A DNA stretch of 57,742 nucleotides, counting the filler, from Dimargaris cristalligena (Eukaryota): the NCBI GenBank assembly GCA_003614675.1. It is 5 parts of 5 records of this genome, joined end to end, with 100 filler letters (N's around TTAATTAATTAA, not from the genome) between each part and the next. Parts side by side here need not be neighbours in the genome. Positions count along the whole stretch, not along the records: positions 46,305 to 57,742 come from ML003113.1; 4 more parts are not named here. The stretch is one strand, 5' to 3'. The notes under the pieces are model-generated. The model ran no database searches. It was not told the DNA's origin and saw only the letters and a list, made by a program, of their open reading frames with translations. Below are positions 49,344-57,742 of the stretch, one piece after another; within the stretch, counting starts at the first letter, position 1, and the number at the start of each line of letters is the position of its first letter. The position numbers and the translations under genes are program-made.

Positions 49344-51045
49344 ATGAAGATTACTATATCTACCCTCTCGCTTCTCTGGATGGTCCAATTGGCCATGGTT
49401 GCGGCCAGCCCCGTGCTCACCCCCCTCGACAACCAGGATGTCCCGTCCACCCAAAAAAACCAACCGCAGGCTCCCCCAATGGTCCGCACCACGTCTCCTC
49501 CTAGAGACTCGCTTTGTCGAGTCCCCAGTGAGACACTACTAACTATCGTAGAACATTCTGACCTTGCCACACTGCCCGTGTTCCTGGAAATCTCGCGTGG
49601 AATCAATCAGGTGGTCCGGACCAGTATTTCCTATCGAAACAAAATGGTAAGTGATAGTGAGAGAGGGGTATTTCTAGCAATATGCTGTATACTGGCAGTA
49701 CAGTCCAGTCTTTCCTTCGGAGGCCTGTGGGCCGAGCTTGACTAGTTGCTATTACAGGGATCCTGTTTGCCACACATACCTAGTAGCCATTTCCACCGTT
49801 CTTAGTATAAATTAATGACATTATTGACTTCACTCGTCCCACCACAGACCCGACTATCATTACCATATCACAAAGACCGTCTTTCCTAAGTATTCATCTG
49901 AATACAATCCCTCACTTACCACTTTTTATATTTCCCCTTGAATTGTCAATTCTATTTAGATGAAACTCCGTCTTCCCACTGTAAGCAACTACGGTCAAGA
50001 GTATGATGATCTTGGTCAAAGTGAAAAGGACTACCTGATCGACTTGTTCAAGTTCGAGTTCAGCCTTGACCGCTACTCATTTGGTGACCCCACTGATGTC
50101 ACCCTGGAGGAAATAGCCAAAAAATACCGGGAGCAGCCCTTACCTGAAATAGCTCAGGCCATAGCGGCCTATGTCAAGGCCGAACTGGTTGCGGAGACAC
50201 GTTGGAGAATGGTGGAGTTTTTAGCGCTCACCCCTGACCAAATGTACGCCATGTCACCAATGCTGGGACTGGTGGCCGACGGAAATATCGACCTTGTGCT
50301 GGAACTCCAAAGGCGTCTGGCGAGCTACTGCACCTCTGCGCCATTCATGGCCGCGTTTAACGAAGTCTGGGCACCGGAAACACACCATTTGTTCATCGAA
50401 GCGGAAAAGGCCTACGGTATCCAAAAGGGTTTCGAGTGTACGACTCACGGTTTCGGGGTGGTCCAACTGGCCACGCTTTTTACCCTGGCTTCCCTGAAAA
50501 AATGGGAAAGCCTGGTTGAGTTCCTCGTAAAAACTCTGGATACATCAGGGGTTATCGACTGGAGCCTTACTACCTTAGGGTTCATGCTCTTGTTCGAAAA
50601 TGGGGCCAACCCCTTGGACTATGATCACTACCAAAATTTGCCGTTGGAACCAACCTTCGTTCGCCATGTCCAGTTGTGTTCCGAAGAATTTAAATTTACC
50701 CGCACCCATTCTGAAGCCGCTATTCAATGGGATGACATTCAACAGGACTTTCCGGAAACCCGCCAATTGAACTCCCAGATTAAGGAATGCCCCTTTGATT
50801 TTCTAGGGAACAAAATCCGCTATGACATAGCCAATAACGCCGTAGCCTTTGTCGTGGATGAGGATATTATGAAAGGCGTGTTGGGTAATCGTCCCTTCAT
50901 AGCGAGTGGGGATGGTGTCTTGGCCAAGTCCATTCCTGAGGTCCTGACCCGAAGCTACAATGCTCGTGACATGCAGTTCGCTCTGGATTTAGTTGAAATG
51001 ACCAGGGAAGTCGAACAAATTCAAATTGCCAGAAACCTGGATTAG
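49344..51045 (+). CDS. Secreted F-box-like protein B (candidate effector); 2 exons (49344-49646, 49960-51045), ~462 aa
   Basis: Signal peptide MKITISTLSLLWMVQLAMVAA-SP; F-box-like LCRVPSETLLTIVEHSDLATLPVFLEISRGINQVV; phase-0 intron GTAAGT...TAG joins RNKM|MKLRL. Confidence 0.75.
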
Positions 51046-51631
51046 ACAACCTAAAATGAGGAAACTGAATGACCCTGACTTCTCTCTAATCCCGAGGAAT
51101 TGCCACTGTGCTAGGGTTTTAACCTCTCTACGGTTGATAGGATTTATTTGCCTTACCCAATTTTTTACTTGATATTCAGAAATGGCGGTAAAAATCTAGT
51201 GGCACTTAAGGTGTTTTCAAGGCAGTCAAATATTAGTGTGTAATCACTATATCTCAATGTAGCACTTTATTAATTTTGTTTTTTATATTGATGCAATAGG
51301 TTTAATATGGGCTAAATATACCTCACTACTATAGTATCGCCTTTTATATTCTGCTGAACATCCTCAGTACATCAGAAAGCATTTGTTTTGTCTGGGTAAA
51401 TGATGCAGCCGGTTCTAATATTTACTATTAAAGTAAAAATCATGAGGCTGAAATATACACAAATTATTGTATATTTTCCAATACTTCTGTGCATAGTTGT
51501 CAGCTAAAATCCGGGCCTCTTTTTAGTGGGGATTAATTCATTGGTGGTTCTTATTAACTATCCCCACACTGAGTAACAGTGAACTACTATCCCCATTAAC
51601 ATTCTTTTTTGATTTTCTTTATAAGACATAT

Positions 51632-52218
51632 TGTCACCTGGGTTAACCACTCTTAGTCCATCAAGAGTCCTAAGGATAGGCTTCTAATGGTGGACAGGGC
51701 TTAGGCTTAGCCAAGTGGGTCCTAGTACTAGGTAAGGGCATAGTACTAACTAATAAAGGTTTACTAGATGCAGGTACATGCCAGGGTTGTGCAGTGGGCA
51801 CACTTACTAGTCAGTATAAAGGGAGTGAGCATATATAATATTTATTGGAATAAAATAAGGGGTCAGAAATAAGCTGAGGAATTGAACTGGTCCCAATGGG
51901 GCTGGTTATATATATACGGGGGATGACTCCAAAGGGAGGTCCCCAGGGGAAGGTACTACTAATACTAATAGTATAATGAATAAGCTGGCCAGATAGCCAT
52001 GAGGACTTGGAAGACTCTATTGGGAATTGGAAGAGTCATTAGATCCACATGGGAGTAATTAGTGCAAAGAGCTGGAGTCCAGAAGGGGAAGGGTTATGTG
52101 ATATAGGGTGATCCCATAGTACTGGGGGTAACCATGGGAAGGTTAATATGGTACTATAAGACCTAATAAGGGTGGATGATTGTTATGTCCAGATTAAGTT
52201 AGATTAGGAGGGCCAATA
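51632..52218 (-). mobile_element. Solo LTR (~587 bp), same family as 42783-43655, heavily CpG-decayed
   Basis: Begins TGTCACCTGGGTTAACC on the + strand and aligns end to end with the reverse complement of 42783-43655. The far terminus has decayed from GGTCCGACA to GGGCCAATA. Confidence 0.78.
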
Positions 52219-52231
52219 ATAGATAATACTA

Positions 52232-52379
52232 TAATATGGTAGAGGTTTATTCAGGCTGTATAATGAAGAATCCATTGAATGAGGCCAATATTACTGGTTA
52301 AAAGCTATTCTCACATATATTTACCCATACACGTATTATGTAAAACCTTATATAGCTGGTTTAAATTTCACCCATATTC
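52232..52379 (+). mobile_element. Second full-length 148-bp MITE copy, flanked by TA
   Basis: TA|TAATATGGTAGAGG...TTCACCCATATTC|TA; same length as 47428-47575 and colinear with it. Confidence 0.75.
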
Positions 52380-53770
52380 TATAAATATATATTGAGTCTG
52401 GGATGACATGTGTTATTTTCTCCTTTTGTAACCCGAGTTTTTCTAGATAACCAATAAGGCTGGTAATTGGCCAGCACCCACCCGGTTTGGGTAACTACAT
52501 TGTGGCAGCTTGAAGATGCATCATTGCTGGTGGGATCAAGTGATCGTCCAGGGTCTTAGTGGTAGGCCTTACTTAGCGGTTCCGATTCCTCGAGGGGTGG
52601 GGTTGCAAGAAAAGCAGTGTGGTAAAGCGCTGGCTTATTTTGGATGCCTCGGTGAGAATCATACACAGTTGAAGGTCCTAACCAAACTCATTTCCGGGGT
52701 TTCCCCTGCTACATATATTGATCCTCCAGCCGCCAATTTTACCAAATTCGAGATGGAATTCAGAGGACCAATCTCTTCGCCCTTAATTTATGTTTTCATG
52801 GGATTGAGTAGAGACTTTCCCCAACAACGCTTTGTCCATCTATCTATGATTGGTAAAATGCGTAATTTTTTTTGTTCGAGCGACCAAAACACAGCTACAA
52901 AAGTATATATGGGCAACTTTACAGAGACCCACAGCAGTCTAAATGATACGAGGAGGAGAGAGTGGTAAGACAGTTCGTTTCTAAAGAGCCAAGCCTTGTT
53001 GAACTTGTAAATCATCGACCCGTCTATACCGCGCTCTTATGTTAGGTACACGGAGTCAGCGGGTATTAGACGCGGCCTAATTCAAAGAAATCGGCTAGGG
53101 GGGCTAGATAAAGGGATAGAAAGGTAAGAATATATAATGGCCCGGTTGTAATGTGATTGGCGAGAATGCCAGTTGACCAAGAGAAATGCATAGCGACTTA
53201 TGCAAATACAGTAAAAAAGGCGGGCGGGAACCCGAGTTACGGCGAGTGGCTTGATGGCCTTAGAATAGTAAATAAATATGAAAATATGTAACGTTTTTAA
53301 ACCAACCCGAGAAAATCTTTGGCGGGCACAATTCTGCGAAACAAGGCAACTGTATGCGTGAATTATTAGTGTATGCATATAGATAAATGAAGTATGTGAT
53401 CCTCCCAAATTAGGATATTGGAAGTCATCGCAATTCTATGTGTGAGCTGCACCTAGGTGAGATCTCCCAAAGAAGTAATATAGTCTTAATTGGGCTAAAT
53501 GATTTTATCGGAAAATAAATCTTGTCTATCATAATAAATTTTAGGCTGTGGCGATGCACTGAGATTAATTCGTGGAGCCATTGTTTTCTCTGGGGAGCTC
53601 GTTGCCAGCGCTGAATAATGGCCCAATAATGGGGGGAGGGTAAATATTAGTCGCTTCCGGATACTCCTATTCGCTTGCCATTTTTTTTGTTTATGGCCCA
53701 ATGGGGTCATGCCAATCCCAGAAAAGTGTTTCAGGGCCAGCAACCGCAGAAACTGCTTGAATTTATTTTA

Positions 53771-53850
53771 TATGGGGGATGTCCAACTGGGTTGTATAAC
53801 AAAATATCCGTTGAATGGGGTAAAAACCACTAGTTAAAAATAAATCGCCC
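53771..53850 (+). mobile_element. Diverged half copy of the MITE family
   Basis: TATGGGGGATGTCCAACTGGGTTGTATAACAAAATATCCGTTGAATGGGG...TAGTTAAAAATAAA aligns loosely with 47431-47505. Confidence 0.5.
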
Positions 53851-54246
53851 CTATGTCAACGAGTTAACATGGTGGGTAACACATCCGCCTGCTCGGCTAA
53901 CTACGCTACTCATCCCAGTAATTTCCCTAAATCGGTCCCCGGCATTTTCATATAAAATCATAGACTCTCCGGATGGGGCGATATAGCTTGGTATATATAT
54001 ATATAGGCTTGGCGCCATTACTTACATCACTCATATTGCTATCAAATTAATTTGTCCACAGTGTCCAATACTAGTCCAGGTAAGTATACTAATATGCGAA
54101 ATTTAGCCATCTGCTCTTATTTGTTTCTAAAGTGACTATCTTCACCTGAGTATTAACTGTTCTACATAAGGCATCTAACCACCAAACTATAATACTGCTT
54201 TAAAATAAATAGTGTACAAAGTTTTTGCCGGTTCAACAGCCCCACT

Positions 54247-56811
54247 ATGGTTTGGCTTTTGCACCACATTGGTGCCCACCTCTCAATCTTGCTTCTGGCC
54301 CTCAGCATCGCACAGGCCGATGTGGTCCCCAACTCGTTTATCGTTCAATTTCCCGGCAATCAGTATGACATAGCTATCACAACTCAGCAACGCGCCTCTT
54401 TAGTGAGTGACTTGAAGGCCTCGTCAATTCCATTTGTGTTAGCCACCAATTACAGTGATGTATTTGCAGGCTCCCAGATTGTGGTGGACGAGTACTATCG
54501 AACTGCCATCTCTAAGTTTTCTTCAGTGACGACTATTGTGCCGAACCAGATCATGATACAGGACAGCGTCGTGGACGTAAAGCCCCGCCAGTCGACCGCC
54601 AACGCGGAGCTGGTCCAAATCAACCACAACCATACAGGCGTCAACGCACTAGCATCCGCTTATGGGCTAACCGGAGCGGGCGTCAAAATCGGAATCATCG
54701 ACAGCGGAATCGACTATACCCATCCGGCGTTCGGCAACTGCTTCAATACCACCAACTGCAAGGTACGCTACGGGTATGATTTGGTGGGCGACGCCTTTAA
54801 TGGATATAACACCCCTCAACCCAAGGCCAATCCTTTGGATACATGTAACGGCCACGGCACCCACGTCGCCGGGATTATCGCGGGCAACTGCGGTAACTTC
54901 AAGGGTGTAGCACCGGGCGCAACTCTGGGGGTGTACCGGGTCATGGGCTGCTCTACCACGACCAACAGTGCCATCCTTATCAAAGCCCTGCAGATGGCCT
55001 ACCTTGACGGCATGAAGGTCATTAACATTTCTATTGCCGCTCCATCGGGGTTCAATTCCGACATCGACGCCTTTTGTAGCGACTATATGACTATCATGGG
55101 GATTGCCATAGTCGCTGCGGCTGGTAACGAAGGCCAGCGTTCTTTTTGGATGACAGGATCCCCCGCCACAGGGCGGTCGGTCATCACAGTAGGAAGTATG
55201 GAACCGCCTACGGTATATGGTTACGGATTCGCGTTCACCAACCCCACGGGTGTGCCCCTGCAAATTCGATCCAGCACCCAAGGCGCCTCCAAATCTTTTG
55301 CATTCACCAAAACGGCTGTCCTTCAGGCCAACTCCATAAACGGCTCGCTGACAGCCTGTTCCACTGTCACCACTGTGCTGACCGGTAAAATTGCCCTTGT
55401 CCAAGTGGGCGAGTGTACCCTCGATGTCAAGGCCGCTAACGTGGCGGCAGCCGGGGCCATGGCCATGATTGTGTATGACGTTGAAGATGTGCCAATCCAA
55501 CCCCCCTTATTCGCCAACCCCAACACCATCCCTACGGTGCGTGTGGGTAAAGCAACCGGCGATTGGTTTATCGACTTTTACGGCAGAGGATGGATCCCAC
55601 TTATCACTTCCACCGACAACTACCAAGTGATAGATAACCCCAAAGCCAACCAGGTGTCGTTCTTCTCCTCGCGTGGGCCCGGCCTCGGCATGGAAATGAA
55701 ACCCACTCTCGTCGCCCCCGGCTCCAACGTCTACTCCACCTATCCCATTAATCTCGGTTCCTATGCCATTCTCTCAGGCACCTCCATGGCCTCCCCTTAC
55801 GTCGCCGGTTGTTTCGCTCTTGTATTCCAACACCTGCCTAATGAGGCGGTTGCTCGAATATCTGATTTGATGGTGGGACACGCCTCCATACTATTTGATT
55901 CGGGTAAGCCGTATCTGCCTGCCATCCAGGGAGGGGGCAGTCTTGCCATGGATAGTCTGTTTGACGATTTAAGCTTGGATGCTTTTGTATATCAGCCTCT
56001 AACGGACTTAAAGGCTGTGGGTCCTATAGCCGGGTTCCAGTCTTTTAGTATTGCCATTTATAACAAAGGCTCGGCAACATATACTTACAGTCTCGCATAC
56101 TTTAATTGCCGACAGTATACTGTATATGATTCGAGTAAGAATCTGCTCATGACACCCCAAACGACGGCAGAGGGTGTTGGTATCATCTACATCAATCCTC
56201 CTGCAAGCAGTATACTACCCGCCAGTAGCCAAATTGCTAACGTTAAAGTCACCACCACCAATATTGCCAGCGATAGCTACATGATGTTCGGGTTCTACCT
56301 TAAGTACACTCTGGTTACTGGAACAACTACGCTTTATCGCACTTTCCCCATAATGGGTATGAAGGACAATATCGATCGGCTTCCCGTCCTTCCTCCGCCC
56401 TCCGCTCTCGGTTACCCGTCTTTTTGGAGTCCGGCAAAGGCACCCGCGGCGGGTGCCCTACCCACCTTTACCATGGTCAACAATGATAATCCCGGGTTCA
56501 CCTTCCAACAGATTTTCAACTCGGCCATGCTTCTTATTAATGCTGCCTCCGTCCTAGCAAACGGAACTACTCTCTACCGACAGGCCATCTACGGGGCCAA
56601 TCCTTACATGCGTCGCAACTGGGAACCAGCTAGCAATCCATACACCTGGCGTTTTGTAGGCGGTATCGTCAACACCAATACTGGTGCTTACGAAATACTA
56701 CCCAGTGGAACATATAGCCTCCAGGCCAAGTGGTTGAAACCCAGTCGAACTCCAGACAGCGACGATGATTATGTCATTTGGAACTCGCCCAAATTCAATA
56801 TCCAATGGTAA
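54247..56811 (+). CDS. Secreted subtilisin-like serine protease (S8A) with propeptide, PA insert and C-terminal beta domain
   Basis: Signal peptide; catalytic triad IIDSGIDY, HGTHVAG, GTSMASP; AAAGNEG oxyanion motif; PA region (GKIALVQVGEC...KAANVAAAGA). Probable 5'UTR intron at 54080-54239. Confidence 0.95.
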   Translation: MVWLLHHIGAHLSILLLALSIAQADVVPNSFIVQFPGNQYDIAITTQQRASLVSDLKASSIPFVLATNYSDVFAGSQIVVDEYYRTAISKFSSVTTIVPNQIMIQDSVVDVKPRQSTANAELVQINHNHTGVNALASAYGLTGAGVKIGIIDSGIDYTHPAFGNCFNTTNCKVRYGYDLVGDAFNGYNTPQPKANPLDTCNGHGTHVAGIIAGNCGNFKGVAPGATLGVYRVMGCSTTTNSAILIKALQMAYLDGMKVINISIAAPSGFNSDIDAFCSDYMTIMGIAIVAAAGNEGQRSFWMTGSPATGRSVITVGSMEPPTVYGYGFAFTNPTGVPLQIRSSTQGASKSFAFTKTAVLQANSINGSLTACSTVTTVLTGKIALVQVGECTLDVKAANVAAAGAMAMIVYDVEDVPIQPPLFANPNTIPTVRVGKATGDWFIDFYGRGWIPLITSTDNYQVIDNPKANQVSFFSSRGPGLGMEMKPTLVAPGSNVYSTYPINLGSYAILSGTSMASPYVAGCFALVFQHLPNEAVARISDLMVGHASILFDSGKPYLPAIQGGGSLAMDSLFDDLSLDAFVYQPLTDLKAVGPIAGFQSFSIAIYNKGSATYTYSLAYFNCRQYTVYDSSKNLLMTPQTTAEGVGIIYINPPASSILPASSQIANVKVTTTNIASDSYMMFGFYLKYTLVTGTTTLYRTFPIMGMKDNIDRLPVLPPPSALGYPSFWSPAKAPAAGALPTFTMVNNDNPGFTFQQIFNSAMLLINAASVLANGTTLYRQAIYGANPYMRRNWEPASNPYTWRFVGGIVNTNTGAYEILPSGTYSLQAKWLKPSRTPDSDDDYVIWNSPKFNIQW

Positions 56812-57742
56812 CAGTGTATCGTTATCACTAAGAGTCAATATTACTTCATATATATATTTGGTCATAAAATGACATTCCATAAATAGCGCACTATATTGTA
56901 CCGAGGAAATTGATAGTCAATGAACGCTGGGTGCCAAATAAACTAGAAGCTGTTGCTGTTAATAGTGTCACTACAGGAATATAAAAAATGATATAGACAA
57001 GGAGGGGAGCAAATCAATCGAGCGTTTATATATCATTGACTCAAGTTAAATTTCGGATTGTGGTTAATACAGGAAGGTCATACTTGAAAAAATATATATG
57101 AAAAGATGAAGTATATAAACGGTGCGCAATTTAACATGGAGAGGAAAGCGAGGGAAGTCGGTAGACCTAGCCATTTTTCACCATCACTTCCCAAAGACAC
57201 CCCTAGTAGAACTAAGACGATAGCCGACCGCGTTCTTCTTGTAATTAATGTGTTGTAAAATATGTCCTGACGGATCTACTGTCATCTCCAGCTTCTAACC
57301 AATTACTCTAGATTTTTTAGTAATTATATGTCCTCTCATTTTAACCGCTTTAAATGAACCCTACCGACTACGCTATTCAATAGAACTAACCACCTAGAGG
57401 CACCTACCGCCCTCTGGCGGCTTTTTCCCCCTTCTATACAGTGGAATTGATCCTCCTTTAGTATTTCCAACAAATCGGCCTCAAGGTACAGGGGATCTGA
57501 TGGCCCAATATGGCAACATGCCCTACACAAATGGCGCCCTAGAAAAAATGAAAAGAAGGAGGGAAATGAATATACAGCAATTGCTAATATACAAGCCAGT
57601 TGGCTACATGAGGTTCATTTTGAAAAGGGGGGAGCGAGGAAATTCTTGTTGGACTAGTCAGGCCAGCGCCCAATCCGACTTGAGGTTCTTGTGTAACGAA
57701 AAAGTCTTCGTAATTTATATACATTTTGAGCGGCGTTAGGGA

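Noticed and set aside
43718..51045. Divergent gene pair or cluster of the two F-box genes sharing a promoter
   Set aside because: An artificial spacer at 46205-46304 separates them; they are on different contigs.
52510..52968. 152-aa ORF between the MITE and the subtilisin
   Set aside because: No recognisable domain and non-coding-like composition; possibly decayed sequence.
1..57742. tRNA, rRNA or CRISPR arrays
   Set aside because: No cloverleaf, rRNA signature or regularly spaced direct repeats were recognised by eye. tRNAscan and Infernal were not run.

Overview
Eukaryotic fungal DNA with GT-AG introns and GC-rich exons. The gene set and sequence style suggest an early-diverging fungus, plausibly a Zoopagomycota mycoparasite such as Dimargaris; this is inference only. 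The window is not contiguous: it is five contigs of decreasing length (11513, 11488, 11461, 11442 and 11438 bp) joined by artificial 100-bp N44-TTAATTAATTAA-N44 spacers, so adjacency across a spacer has no meaning. Housekeeping genes are PCID2/CSN12, a DUF2420-like acidic nuclear protein, Mia40, a MINPP-like histidine phosphatase, Nup49/58, PPX1, Tul1, Grx3/4, Avt3/4, condensin H and Nop7. There is also a secreted PA-domain subtilisin. The most interesting item is a pair of divergent, homologous two-exon genes (45452-43718 and 49344-51045) encoding signal peptide + linker + F-box-like motif + novel helical domain. They are candidate secreted F-box effectors that could hijack host SCF ligases, and each is followed by a solo LTR of the same family. 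Also notable: an intron-containing, apparently mitochondrion-targeted bacterial-type cytidylate kinase; an animal-type soluble Mia40 with an AIF-binding-like N-terminus; a 148-bp TA-flanked MITE family; and CpG-erased repeat tracts suggesting 5mC methylation.
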